From Staphylococcus phage vB_SurM-PSU4, in the sequence record OL436245.1: a stretch of DNA of 64,000 nucleotides; one strand, given 5' to 3'. The notes below the pieces were generated by a model that made no database searches, was not told where the DNA came from, and saw only the letters and a list, made by a program, of their open reading frames with translations. Positions 29,996 through 40,188 of the stretch are shown piece after piece (the first letter of the stretch is position 1; the number at the start of each line of letters is the position of its first letter). A program made the position numbers and the translations under genes.

Positions 29996-31020
29996 TGAAA
30001 TTTATATTTTTTACTGATAGTCATTTTCATTTATTTACAAACTATGCAAAACCTGATGAATATTATGTAAATGATAGATTTAAAGAGCAAATAGAGGCAT
30101 TACAGAAAGTGTTTAATATTGCTAGAGAAGAAAAAGCTAAAGTTATATTTGGAGGAGATTTGTTCCACAAACGTAATTCAGTAGATACTAGAGTGTATAA
30201 CAAGGTCTTTGAAATATTTGCTAATAATCAAGACATTAAAGTTTATATGGTTAGAGGTAATCATGATGCTGTAAGTAACTCACTATACACTGATTCAAGT
30301 ATAGATATATTTGAAACTTTACCTAATGTAGAAGTAGCTAAAACATTAAGAAGTGAACCTTTAAGCTCAAAGGTACAGTTAACGATGTGTGCTTATGGGG
30401 ATGAGACAGAAGAGATTAAAGAATTTATTAAAGATAGCTACCAAGAAGGTAAAGTAAATATTCTAGTAGGACACTTAGGTGTAGAGGGTTCTCTGACAGG
30501 AAAGGGTTCACACAGACTTGAAGGTGCATTTGGTTATCAAGACTTATTACCTGATAATTATGCTTTTATTCTATTAGGTCACTACCATAGAAGACAGTAT
30601 TTCATTAATCCTAATCATTTTTATGGGGGTTCTTTATTACAACAATCCTTCTCAGATGAACAAGAGTCTAATGGGGTACACTTAATAGATACAGATAAAT
30701 TAACTACTGAATTCATACCTTTAGATACACGTAAGTTCATTACAATACAAGGAGATAATGTTCCTGATAATATTGATGAGCTTGTAGAAAAAGGAAACTT
30801 TATTCGTTTTATAGGGACACCTGAACAAGCTAAACAAATTAATTTAAATAAAGAACAAGAAGATAATATTGAAGTTCAAGTTAAAAAAGAGTATACCGTA
30901 GAAAAACGTATTGATAGTGATGTATCAGATGACCCATTAACAATTGCAGAAGCATATGCTAAACAATTCACACCAGAAGCTAAGAAAGAAATAATAGAAT
31001 GTCTTAAGGAGGTTCTATAA
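29995..31020 (+). CDS. sbcD: SbcD/Mre11-like nuclease
   Basis: Calcineurin-like phosphoesterase motifs FFTDSHFH, GGDLFH, VRGNHD, GHLG and GHYHRRQ. Confidence 0.85.
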   Translation: MKFIFFTDSHFHLFTNYAKPDEYYVNDRFKEQIEALQKVFNIAREEKAKVIFGGDLFHKRNSVDTRVYNKVFEIFANNQDIKVYMVRGNHDAVSNSLYTDSSIDIFETLPNVEVAKTLRSEPLSSKVQLTMCAYGDETEEIKEFIKDSYQEGKVNILVGHLGVEGSLTGKGSHRLEGAFGYQDLLPDNYAFILLGHYHRRQYFINPNHFYGGSLLQQSFSDEQESNGVHLIDTDKLTTEFIPLDTRKFITIQGDNVPDNIDELVEKGNFIRFIGTPEQAKQINLNKEQEDNIEVQVKKEYTVEKRIDSDVSDDPLTIAEAYAKQFTPEAKKEIIECLKEVL

Positions 31021-31382
31021 TGAAAAAATATATTAATGGTTTAGAAGAATATAAATTGGATAAAGATGATTTAACTCAAGACTTAATTGACTATGTAGAA
31101 AATACAAGACCTAAAACGAATTATTTAGATATTAGAAATGTATATCAAGAAGACTTATTCTTAAATAAGTCTATCTTACAATTTGAAGAATCAGACGGAA
31201 GTAGAGTAAATATATGTAATGTTATAGATTTAGAAGATGGAATGAATAAAATGAAAAAGATTTTCAAAGATAGTGGTTTTGAGAAAAACTATTACAATAG
31301 AATTATAGAATATGATGATTACTATAAAATTGATTATGGTTCTCACCGATGTTTCTTTATTGTGACTAAGGAGGTTCTATAA
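31020..31382 (+). CDS. Hypothetical protein, 120 aa, between sbcD and sbcC
   Basis: AAGGAGGTTCTATAATG junction with a 1-nt overlap at both ends. Confidence 0.5.
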   Translation: MKKYINGLEEYKLDKDDLTQDLIDYVENTRPKTNYLDIRNVYQEDLFLNKSILQFEESDGSRVNICNVIDLEDGMNKMKKIFKDSGFEKNYYNRIIEYDDYYKIDYGSHRCFFIVTKEVL

Positions 31383-33292
31383 TGGTTCGATTTAAAAAAG
31401 TTGAGATGCAAAACTTCATGGCAATTAAGGAAGCTACTTTAGAATTAGATAATAGAGGTTTGATTCTAATAGAAGGTGAGAATAAAACAAATGAATCCTT
31501 TCATTCTAATGGGGCTAGTAAATCATCTTTAGTATCTTCTATTACTTATGCTCTTTATGGTAAAACAGAAAAAGGTTTAAAAGCAGATGATGTTGTAAAT
31601 AATAAGATAGGTAAAAACACATATGTTAAACTTTACTTTGATATTGGAGAAGACCATTATCGTATTGAAAGATACCGTAAAGATAAAGAAAATAAGAATA
31701 AAGTTAAACTATTCCTAAACGATAAAGATATTACAGGTTCTACAAATGATGTGACAGATAAACAAATACAAGAATTATTTGGTATAGATTTTAATACTTA
31801 CCTTAACTCTATCATATATGGTCAAGGGGATATTCCTATGTTTTCTCAAGCCACTGACAAAGGTAAAAAGGAAATTTTAGAATCTATTACTAAAACAGAT
31901 ATTTATAAAGAAGCTCAAGAAGTAGCTAAAGAGAAATATAAAGAAGTAGAAGAAAAACAAAACAACCTAGAACAAGAAATTGAAAAAGTAGGTTATAAAA
32001 AAGAATTAACTGAACAACAATTCCAAAAAGACTTAGCACAATATCAAGAAGTTAAAAAGAAACAAGAAGAAGAACAAAAATATATTGAAGAACAAACAAA
32101 TATTATAACTCAAGAGAGACAAAGATACAGTGAAGCTATAGAAAAAGTAAAGGAGCAGATACCAAAAGTTCATACTGAAGAATATATCTTCACAGACAAA
32201 TACAACCTTTGTTCTGAAGGTATAGATAAACTAAATAAAGCTCTCAAAGAAACACTTGAACCTGAACAAGAGGATTTAATAGAACAGCAAAAAGCAATAC
32301 ATTTTAATACTGTTATGACTAAAGATAACTTAGAGAAATTAGATACAAGTGATACTTGTCCAGTATGTGGTTCACCTATAGATAACTCTCATAAGATAAA
32401 AGAGCAAGAAAAGATGAATGAGACAATATCTAGTCAAGAGAAACAAGAAGAAGAATTGCAAAAACAAATAAATCAGTATGCAGAGAAAATAATAACTGTT
32501 AAAGATAAGATAGATGAATTGAGACAATTACAGGTTCAGGAAGAACAACAAAAAGAACAACTCGAAAAAGAGAATAGAGAAAAACTACAAAACCAACAGC
32601 AATACTATGATAAAATTTCTCAATTAGAAAGAGAAATGAATCGATTACAAGTACCCCAAGCAAATGATTATTCCTATATTAAGGAACCTAATCAAGAAGA
32701 ACATCAAAAAGAAATAAAAGAATTAGAAAAAACTATTGACAACTATAAGGAAGATATAGTACAATTAGAAAGTAAGAAACAAAGATATAACCAAGCAGTT
32801 AATGCTTTTAGTAATAAAGGTATTCGTTCCGTAGTCTTAGACTTCATTACACCTTTCTTAAATGAAAAAGCAAATGAATATTTACAAACTTTATCAGGTT
32901 CAGGAATAGAAATAGAATTCCAAACACAAGTAGAAAATGCTAAAGGAGAACTTAAAGATAAGTTTGATGTTATTGTTAATAATAGTAAAGGTGGAAGTTC
33001 TTACAAGTCTAACTCAGCAGGAGAACAAAAACGAATTGATATTGCTATAAGCTTTGCAATACAGGACTTAATAATGAGTAAGGAAGAAATATCAACAAAT
33101 ATTGCACTCTATGATGAAGTATTTGATGGTTTAGATGCAATAGGTTGTGAGAATGTTATTAAACTACTTAAAGATAGATTGAATATTGTAAGTACAATAT
33201 TTGTCATTACTCATAATGAAAATCTTAAGAGTTTGTTTGATAATACAATTAAAGTAATAAAAGAAGAAGGAATATCAAGACTGGAGGATTAA
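31382..33292 (+). CDS. sbcC: SbcC/Rad50-like ATPase
   Basis: Walker A HSNGASKSS, long coiled coil with central zinc hook CPVCGSP, and C-terminal Walker B/D-loop LYDEVFDGLD. Confidence 0.85.
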   Translation: MVRFKKVEMQNFMAIKEATLELDNRGLILIEGENKTNESFHSNGASKSSLVSSITYALYGKTEKGLKADDVVNNKIGKNTYVKLYFDIGEDHYRIERYRKDKENKNKVKLFLNDKDITGSTNDVTDKQIQELFGIDFNTYLNSIIYGQGDIPMFSQATDKGKKEILESITKTDIYKEAQEVAKEKYKEVEEKQNNLEQEIEKVGYKKELTEQQFQKDLAQYQEVKKKQEEEQKYIEEQTNIITQERQRYSEAIEKVKEQIPKVHTEEYIFTDKYNLCSEGIDKLNKALKETLEPEQEDLIEQQKAIHFNTVMTKDNLEKLDTSDTCPVCGSPIDNSHKIKEQEKMNETISSQEKQEEELQKQINQYAEKIITVKDKIDELRQLQVQEEQQKEQLEKENREKLQNQQQYYDKISQLEREMNRLQVPQANDYSYIKEPNQEEHQKEIKELEKTIDNYKEDIVQLESKKQRYNQAVNAFSNKGIRSVVLDFITPFLNEKANEYLQTLSGSGIEIEFQTQVENAKGELKDKFDVIVNNSKGGSSYKSNSAGEQKRIDIAISFAIQDLIMSKEEISTNIALYDEVFDGLDAIGCENVIKLLKDRLNIVSTIFVITHNENLKSLFDNTIKVIKEEGISRLED

Positions 33293-33295
33293 TTA

Positions 33296-33934
33296 GTGAA
33301 ATTAGTAATTAAAGATAGGGAAAATAGTTATTTGAAATGTAGATATAAGAATTCAGAGGATAAAATTATTAAGGTTAACTTGGATAATTTAATTGAATGG
33401 TATCCATTAAGTTTAGCATATGATTTGAAAATAAGTAATACAGGTGATAAAATACAACTATGTAGATTAACTTCTACATTACCTAAACACTATAAAGAAA
33501 CAGACACTTACTTAGTAGATGAACAAGATTATACTGAATACTTTACATTTGATAGTGTGAAAGAAGATAACCTTAAACTTAAAGAAAGAGCAAAGGAATT
33601 TGATATTACATTCATCGATGAAGACTTTGATATAGAAAAAGTATTAATGAACTTTGCTAAGATTAGAATGATTTTTGAAAAAGTTAATTTAATTGTATTA
33701 GAGAAATATAAAGAGACTTTAAATAATAAACAATTAAAGAGATTAATTGATAATGATTTAACGACACAAATTGATAGAGCTCTAAGTAAGAGTGATGATA
33801 CTTTAAACAATGCTTATGATGAATTAGGACAGTTATACAACATGTCTGTTATTATGAAGAAAATTGCAAGTATTGGAAAAGGGATAGGATATAAAGATAG
33901 ACTTGAAAGTCTACAGTATATGTTAAAGGAATGA
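33296..33934 (+). CDS. Hypothetical protein, 212 aa
   Basis: GTG start overlapping the sbcC stop; GGAGG lies upstream. Confidence 0.5.
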   Translation: MKLVIKDRENSYLKCRYKNSEDKIIKVNLDNLIEWYPLSLAYDLKISNTGDKIQLCRLTSTLPKHYKETDTYLVDEQDYTEYFTFDSVKEDNLKLKERAKEFDITFIDEDFDIEKVLMNFAKIRMIFEKVNLIVLEKYKETLNNKQLKRLIDNDLTTQIDRALSKSDDTLNNAYDELGQLYNMSVIMKKIASIGKGIGYKDRLESLQYMLKE

Positions 33935-33938
33935 TTAT

Positions 33939-35000
33939 ATGAGATTTGAAGAATTTTTACAAGGTACTTTAGGTGCACCCTTAGAAAGTACAGTAGGGGA
34001 ATTAAGATATAATTGTCCTTTCTGTTCAGATACAAAGAAACGTTTCTATGTTAAACAATCTTTAGATTCTAAGAATGGACAATACATTTGTTTTAATTGT
34101 GGTGAAACAGGAAATCCTATTACATTTATGAAACAATATTATAACGTTGATAGTAGAAATGCAGTAAAACTATTAGAACAAAATAATATTGAAATAGACA
34201 TGGATAAAACAATTAAGTTTGATAATAGTCTATCAGATAGTGAAAAGTTAATACTTCTACTAAGAGGTGTAGAACCTGAAGAATATGAAGTTAAAAAGAA
34301 GCCACCTAAACTACCTTTTAATTATAAATTCTTATCTCAAAACTTATATAATAAAGAAGCTGTTCCTTTTCTAAGGTACCTAAATAGTAGAGGGGTTACA
34401 CTACAGCAAATTATCGAACATAATATTGCTTATACTATAGAGTCTAAATGTTATAAGTCAGATAATATTCAAACCTTTACTTTCTACAATAGTTTAATAT
34501 TCTTTACGTATAATGCACAAGGTGAATACGTTTATTGGAATACAAGAAGTATTATCCCAACCAAGATGAAAACTATTAATGCACCTGCAAGTGATGAACA
34601 GTATGGTAAGAAAGATGTTTTGTTTAATTTTAATAAAGCTAAAGACCAAAGAATGTTAATTATAACTGAGGGTGTTTTTGATGCACTAACATTTCATCAA
34701 TACGGTATAGCTACATTCGGTAAAGCAGTATCTGATAATCAAATTAAATTGATTAAAAAATATGTAAAACCAGACACAGATATTTATTTAATGCTAGATA
34801 GTGATGCTTATAAGTACAATGTAAAAGTAGCTAGAGAATTATTTAAGAAGTTTCCAAATACTTATGTTGTACCTCATGGAGAGGAAGACCCAAACGATTT
34901 AGGTACTGAGAAAGCTTTTCAATTAATTAAAGACAAAAGAATTAAAGCAACACCAGAAGGATTAACAAATTATGAAATTCAACAAAAACTTATAAATTAA
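33939..35000 (+). CDS. DNA primase (DnaG-type: CHC2 zinc finger plus TOPRIM)
   Basis: Zinc finger YNCPFCSD...H...CFNCGETGN and TOPRIM motifs LIITEGVFDALT and LMLDSDAYK. Confidence 0.85.
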   Translation: MRFEEFLQGTLGAPLESTVGELRYNCPFCSDTKKRFYVKQSLDSKNGQYICFNCGETGNPITFMKQYYNVDSRNAVKLLEQNNIEIDMDKTIKFDNSLSDSEKLILLLRGVEPEEYEVKKKPPKLPFNYKFLSQNLYNKEAVPFLRYLNSRGVTLQQIIEHNIAYTIESKCYKSDNIQTFTFYNSLIFFTYNAQGEYVYWNTRSIIPTKMKTINAPASDEQYGKKDVLFNFNKAKDQRMLIITEGVFDALTFHQYGIATFGKAVSDNQIKLIKKYVKPDTDIYLMLDSDAYKYNVKVARELFKKFPNTYVVPHGEEDPNDLGTEKAFQLIKDKRIKATPEGLTNYEIQQKLIN

Positions 35001-35002
35001 GC

Positions 35003-35031
35003 TTGTTAAATACAAGATATTGTGGTATAAT
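35003..35031 (+). promoter_or_regulatory. Promoter TTGTTA-17-TGgTATAAT
   Basis: Extended -10 at 35023-35031. Lies in the gap after the primase gene. Confidence 0.5.
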
Positions 35032-35060
35032 GAATATATCGACACAAGGAGGAAATGTAG

Positions 35061-35378
35061 ATGGAAGAGAAAGAAAGTATTTTAAATTATATTGATAAAG
35101 TTATTCATAGTATGACAATGAAAGATAAACAAGACTATGAAGAAACTTTAAAAGAAGGTAGAGATATTACTGTTACACGAGAAGAATTAGCATTAGTTGT
35201 AACTAACTTAATTCGTAACATTGATACACAAATGACTAATACAGAAGATGGGTTAGTTGAAGATTTAAACATAATGATTGAATCTATGATTGACACAGGA
35301 ATTATTACAGAAGATACTGTAGAAGAGATGCAAAATAAAATTTATGAAAATAAACAAAAAGTAGAGGAGAATGAATAA
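35061..35378 (+). CDS. Small highly acidic protein, 105 aa
   Basis: GGAGGA RBS. Very Glu/Asp-rich. Confidence 0.5.
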   Translation: MEEKESILNYIDKVIHSMTMKDKQDYEETLKEGRDITVTREELALVVTNLIRNIDTQMTNTEDGLVEDLNIMIESMIDTGIITEDTVEEMQNKIYENKQKVEENE

Positions 35379-35773
35379 TGGCTGAAGAAAAACAAATTAG
35401 TGAACAAGACTTAAGAATGTGGGTAGAATTTATTACGTTTGGTAAAGTAGAAGGTAAAGAACCTTCTGAAAAACAAGTAAAACAATTAGAACGTTTATCT
35501 AAGAGAACAGTAAACTTAGCTGATGCTTCTACAATTGCACAGTACTTAGTAAGACTAGAAACTCAAAGTGATATTAATAACTTAACAGCAATGTTAGACT
35601 CAGTATTCTTTATTTTACGTGATAAAATTAATGTAACTACAGAAGATATTGAAAGAGCTCTTGATGAAAGAGAGAAAGAAATCCAAGAGAAATTCAAAGA
35701 AGACCAAGAAGCAGAAGAAAAAGAAAATAAATCTGATGAGAAAGTTGTCCAATTCAAGAAAGACGATAAATAA
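35378..35773 (+). CDS. Hypothetical protein, 131 aa, with Glu/Lys-rich tail
   Basis: ATAATG overlap with the upstream stop. Confidence 0.5.
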   Translation: MAEEKQISEQDLRMWVEFITFGKVEGKEPSEKQVKQLERLSKRTVNLADASTIAQYLVRLETQSDINNLTAMLDSVFFILRDKINVTTEDIERALDEREKEIQEKFKEDQEAEEKENKSDEKVVQFKKDDK

Positions 35774-36381
35774 TGGTTAATAGTAAACAAAAAGGTAATA
35801 CTTTCGAGAGAAAGATTGCTAAAGTCCTTGGTGATTGGTGGGGGTTCAAGTTTTCTAGAACTCCGCAATCAGGAGGTTCTCATTGGTTAGCTGATAATAA
35901 TGCGGTAGGGGATATAGTTGCTCCTCCGCAAGCTAACTTTCCATTAGTAATAGAATGTAAGCATAGAGAAAATTGGACAATAGAAAATATAATGCTTAAT
36001 AACAAAGACCCACATACTTGGTGGGAGCAAGTAATCACTGATTCAAATAGAATAGGTAAAGCTCCTTGTTTGATATTTACAAGGAATAGAGCTAACACAT
36101 TTGTAGCATTACCATACATTGAAAGTGTATATGAAGATGTAAGAGACACAGGTGAGCCTATCATGAGAACGGATTTCATTACTGAAAATATAAGAAAAGA
36201 TAAACAATATTTTGATGTAATGATAATGACCATTGATACGTTGACCAGTTTTAAGACCTCCTATATTAAATATCACTATGACGATTTTAAGCCTGAACCT
36301 TATAAAGTGATAGAAAGTGAAACTACAAAAGATAATAAAGATGAGGACAAGGCTATAGAAAATATTATGGATAAATTATAA
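35773..36381 (+). CDS. Hjc-like Holliday junction resolvase (PD-(D/E)xK)
   Basis: KGNTFERKIAKVL ... VGDIVA ... LVIECKHRE matches the Hjc motif pattern KGxxxERxxxxxL ... D ... ExK. Confidence 0.6.
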   Translation: MVNSKQKGNTFERKIAKVLGDWWGFKFSRTPQSGGSHWLADNNAVGDIVAPPQANFPLVIECKHRENWTIENIMLNNKDPHTWWEQVITDSNRIGKAPCLIFTRNRANTFVALPYIESVYEDVRDTGEPIMRTDFITENIRKDKQYFDVMIMTIDTLTSFKTSYIKYHYDDFKPEPYKVIESETTKDNKDEDKAIENIMDKL

Positions 36382-36396
36382 GGAGAATGTTTAATA

Positions 36397-36708
36397 ATGG
36401 CAGTAATTGATATAGAAACAAAAGATTTTGATAATAAAACAAAAGAAGGGTTAAACCTAGTTGATTTATGGGCACCTTGGTGTAGCGTATGTAAAATGGT
36501 TATGCCTTCTGTAGAAGCTATCGGTGAAGAATCTAATGACCTGGATGTTCTTAAAGTTAATATTGATGAAGAACCTGATGTATCTTCAAATCTTGGAGTT
36601 ATGAGTATTCCTACATTGATACTATACAAAGATGGAGAAAAAGTAGATAGTATTAATGGTTTTGCACCTAAAGAAAAAATTGAGGAAATGATTGAAAAAC
36701 ATAAATAA
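36397..36708 (+). CDS. Thioredoxin-like protein (CxxC = WCSVC)
   Basis: LVDLWAPWCSVCKMV thioredoxin-fold active site. Lies directly upstream of the RNR genes. Confidence 0.65.
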   Translation: MAVIDIETKDFDNKTKEGLNLVDLWAPWCSVCKMVMPSVEAIGEESNDLDVLKVNIDEEPDVSSNLGVMSIPTLILYKDGEKVDSINGFAPKEKIEEMIEKHK

Positions 36709-36724
36709 AAAAGGGGATATTTGA

Positions 36725-38074
36725 TTGATTACGCAAATTAAGAAACGTGACGGGTCTGTTGTGGAGTATGACCTAAATAAAATAACAAATGCTATCCTAA
36801 GAGCTAATACAGAAACGAATGAGTTCTTGGAAGATAATATCGATACTTTAGTAGAAGATGTAGATAGTCTATTAGAAGAAAAAGAAGAGACACTTACAGT
36901 AGAGTGTGTTCAAGATACAGTGGAAGAAGTATTGCTTGGTAGTAAGTATAAAGATACTGCTAAGGCTTTTATTTTGTATAGAGACAAAAGAGATAGAGAA
37001 CGTAGACGAGATATATTTAAACCAAGAAAAGAATTAAAACCTTATGAATACCCTGAATTACTAGAATATGCAGATGCTATTAGAAACAGTTATTGGATTC
37101 ATACCGAATTTAATTATACAAGTGATATTCAAGACTTTAAACAAAATGTTAAACCTCACGAACGAACTGCAATTAAAAATGCTATGTTAGCTATTGCACA
37201 AGTTGAAGTTGCTGTTAAAACATTTTGGGGTGACCTATATCATCGTATGCCTAAATGGGAAACAGGTGCAGTTGGTGCAACGTTCTCAGAATCAGAAGTT
37301 AGACATGCTGATGCTTACTCTCACCTACTAGAATTGTTAGGATTAAATGAAGAATTTAAACATATAGACGATATACCTGCATTAAGAGAGCGTGTAGATG
37401 AGCTTACTATGCACACTAAATTAAGTAAGAGTGAAGATAATAGAGACTATGTACTATCAGTATTACTATTCTCACTATTTATTGAGCATGTATCATTATT
37501 CAGTCAATTCTTAATCATGATGAGTTTCAATAAACATAAGAACCTATTCAGAGGGTTATCTAATGCTATTGAGGCTACATCTAAAGAAGAACAAATTCAT
37601 GGTCTATTTGGTATTGAAATTATTAATATCTTAAGAGGAGAACATCCTGAATGGTTCGATGGGGAAATGAAACGTACAGTATATGAAGCATGTGAACATT
37701 CATATGAAACAGAGAAAAAAGTTTTAGACTGGTTATATGAAGACGGTGAGTTAGAGTTCTTACCTAAGCGTACTGTAAAAGAATTTATTAAAAACAGATT
37801 AAACAATTCTTTAGAATCAATCGGATTTGAAAAATTATTTAAAATTGATGAAGAAGTGTTAGCAGAAACAGCATGGTTTGATGATGAAGTTATTAGTACG
37901 AAACTAACGGATTTCTTATCTAAACGTTCTGTTAACTATACTAAGTTTACAAACACAGTAACAGAAGATACACTATTCTCATCTAATTCAGAGTTTGAAG
38001 AAAATGAAGAAAAATTGTCTAAAGACAAGGTTAATGAGATTTTAAGAATGAGAATGTTAACACTAGGTAATTAA
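36725..38074 (+). CDS. Ribonucleotide reductase small (radical-generating) subunit with N-terminal ATP-cone
   Basis: TTG start after GGGG. Residues 1-95 have an ATP-cone signature (IKKRDGSVVEYDLNKITNAILRA...VQDTVEEVL...AKAFILYRDKR). Ferritin-like R2 metal-site motifs follow (SESEVRHADAYSHLL, EEQIHGLFGIEIIN). Confidence 0.8.
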   Translation: MITQIKKRDGSVVEYDLNKITNAILRANTETNEFLEDNIDTLVEDVDSLLEEKEETLTVECVQDTVEEVLLGSKYKDTAKAFILYRDKRDRERRRDIFKPRKELKPYEYPELLEYADAIRNSYWIHTEFNYTSDIQDFKQNVKPHERTAIKNAMLAIAQVEVAVKTFWGDLYHRMPKWETGAVGATFSESEVRHADAYSHLLELLGLNEEFKHIDDIPALRERVDELTMHTKLSKSEDNRDYVLSVLLFSLFIEHVSLFSQFLIMMSFNKHKNLFRGLSNAIEATSKEEQIHGLFGIEIINILRGEHPEWFDGEMKRTVYEACEHSYETEKKVLDWLYEDGELEFLPKRTVKEFIKNRLNNSLESIGFEKLFKIDEEVLAETAWFDDEVISTKLTDFLSKRSVNYTKFTNTVTEDTLFSSNSEFEENEEKLSKDKVNEILRMRMLTLGN

Positions 38075-38090
38075 TGGAGGAGAATAGATA

Positions 38091-39773
38091 TTGGCAAACT
38101 TTGAATGGTTAAACACAGATTCACGAGTATTCTTAGAGAGAGGATACTTAAGTGAAGGTGAGACACCTGAACAACGAATTAAAGATATAGCAAATAAAGC
38201 TGAGGATATCTTAGGTATTGAAGGTTTTTCAGATAAATTTTATGACTACATGAGTAGAGGTTTTTACTCTTTATCAAGTCCTGTATGGGCTAACTTTGGT
38301 AAAGGTAAGGGATTAAGTATCAGCTGTTTTGGTAGTTATGTTGAAGATAACATCCCAAGTATTTTAAACTCTGCCAGTGAAGTAGGAATAATGAGTAAGT
38401 ATGGTGGAGGTACTAGCGGTTACTTTGGTGAAATAAGACCTCGAGGTGCTAAAATCACTGATAATGGAGAGACAAGTGGTTCTGTACATTTTATGAAATT
38501 ATTTGAAACAGAAACAGATGTAGTATCTCAGGGAAACACACGTAGAGGACGTTTTAGTCCTTACTTACCTATTGACCACCCTGATATTGATGAATTTTTA
38601 GAAATAGGTACAGAAGGTAATCCAATCCAAAACATGACACATGCAGTATCTATTACAGATGACTGGATGTTAGAGATGATTAATGGTGATAGAGAGAAAC
38701 GTAGAATATGGTCTAAAGTACTTACACGTAGAACTCAACTAGGTTTCCCTTATATATTCTTCCATACTAATGCTAATAAAAATACAGTAGATGTTTATAA
38801 AGATAAAGGATTAGTAATTAATAACTCAAACTTATGTTCAGAGATAATGTTACCTAATAAAGAAGATTGGTCATTTGTTTGTGACTTATCTAGTATGAAC
38901 TTAGTTAAATATGAAGAATGGAAAGACACTGATGCAGTAGAAACAATGGTATATTTCTTAGATGCAGTAATGAGTGAATTTATTTCAGACTTAGAGTCAT
39001 TGAGAGATTCACAAGATAGAGAAGAAGTAGAAGCTTTTAAACTAATGGAACGTGCTTATAACTTTGCTAAAGAAAATCGTGCCTTAGGTTTAGGTGTGTT
39101 AGGTTGGCACTCATACTTACAATCTAAACTTATTCCTTTTGAAAGTGTAGAGGCAAGTAGATTAAATTCACAAATATTTGTTTTAATTAGAAAACGTGCA
39201 TATAAAGCAAGTGAAGAGTTAGCAAACTTATTAGGAGAACCAGAAATTCTAAAAGGATACGGTAGACGTAACACAACGTTACTTGCTGTAGCTCCAACAA
39301 CTTCAAGTTCATTCATTCTTGGACAAGTTTCTAAATCAATAGAACCTTTCATGAGTAACTACTATGTTGTTGATACTGCTAAAGTTAAAAAAACTATGAT
39401 TAACCCTTATCTAAAAGAATTATTACAAGAAAAAGGTAAGGACACAAAAGAAGTGATGGAAAGTATTAGAGATAATGATGGTTCTGTTCAACACTTAGAT
39501 TTCCTAAATCAAACAGAAAAAGAAGTATTTAAGACTTATGGGGAAATCAATCAATATAATATTTTAGACCAAGCAGCAACAAGACAATATTATATTGACC
39601 AAGGACAATCTCTAAATATTATGGTTAATCCTACTAATGTTACTTCTGAAGAATTAAATGAATTATACCTATTTGCTTGGGCTAATGGAATTAAATCATT
39701 ATATTACCAACATGGTACTAATGCAGCACAACAATTCAACCTATCAAAACTATGTATTAATTGCGAAGCTTAA
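38091..39773 (+). CDS. Ribonucleotide reductase catalytic subunit, minimal 560-aa form lacking ATP-cone and N-terminal domain
   Basis: TTG start after GGAGG. Motifs SISCFGSYVEDNIP, active-site NLCSEI and C-terminal CINCEA. The protein begins at the region homologous to roughly residue 200 onward of canonical alpha subunits. Confidence 0.85.
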   Translation: MANFEWLNTDSRVFLERGYLSEGETPEQRIKDIANKAEDILGIEGFSDKFYDYMSRGFYSLSSPVWANFGKGKGLSISCFGSYVEDNIPSILNSASEVGIMSKYGGGTSGYFGEIRPRGAKITDNGETSGSVHFMKLFETETDVVSQGNTRRGRFSPYLPIDHPDIDEFLEIGTEGNPIQNMTHAVSITDDWMLEMINGDREKRRIWSKVLTRRTQLGFPYIFFHTNANKNTVDVYKDKGLVINNSNLCSEIMLPNKEDWSFVCDLSSMNLVKYEEWKDTDAVETMVYFLDAVMSEFISDLESLRDSQDREEVEAFKLMERAYNFAKENRALGLGVLGWHSYLQSKLIPFESVEASRLNSQIFVLIRKRAYKASEELANLLGEPEILKGYGRRNTTLLAVAPTTSSSFILGQVSKSIEPFMSNYYVVDTAKVKKTMINPYLKELLQEKGKDTKEVMESIRDNDGSVQHLDFLNQTEKEVFKTYGEINQYNILDQAATRQYYIDQGQSLNIMVNPTNVTSEELNELYLFAWANGIKSLYYQHGTNAAQQFNLSKLCINCEA

Positions 39774-39790
39774 CAATAAAGGAGATTATT

Positions 39791-40153
39791 ATGGAGCCTA
39801 AAAAGATTGAACAAGTAGAAAGTTTAGTAGAATTAGAAACTTTAGCTGGAACTAATGATAAGTTATTAGTAATGATTAGTGAAGATAATTGTGGTTTTTG
39901 TTCTATGTTAGAGTTTGGTATTGGAAGTTATATAGATGCCTTACAATTAGATATTCACTCAGTTAACTTAAATACAGACCAAGCTAAAGAAGGAAAAGAA
40001 ACTGTAGAAAAGTATTTTGATATTAAAGAAGTACCTACACTATTAGGTTTTAAAGATGGAGAGCTAGTTTCTCAAAAAGAAATAAAAGAACCTACAGAAG
40101 GTATTAATAAAATGGATGCTTTAGTAAAAGACTTAGGAATTAGTTTAAGCTAA
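39791..40153 (+). CDS. Second thioredoxin/glutaredoxin-like protein (CGFC)
   Basis: The ATG at 39791 has AAAGGAG 6 nt upstream; the TTG at 39761 in the track lies inside the RNR gene. Carries a DNCGFCSML motif. Confidence 0.55.
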   Translation: MEPKKIEQVESLVELETLAGTNDKLLVMISEDNCGFCSMLEFGIGSYIDALQLDIHSVNLNTDQAKEGKETVEKYFDIKEVPTLLGFKDGELVSQKEIKEPTEGINKMDALVKDLGISLS

Positions 40154-40160
40154 TTATATT

Positions 40161-40188
40161 TTGAATACACCACTACTTATGTTATAAT
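40161..40188 (+). promoter_or_regulatory. Promoter TTGAAT-16-TGtTATAAT
   Basis: Extended -10 at 40180-40188. The -10 lies inside the loop of the hairpin at 40167-40210. Confidence 0.45.

Noticed and set aside
35378-35773. 131-aa ORF upstream of the RNR genes, considered as an NrdI flavodoxin
   Set aside because: There is no flavodoxin-like N-terminal motif or phosphate-binding loop. The sequence is a Glu/Lys-rich helical protein.
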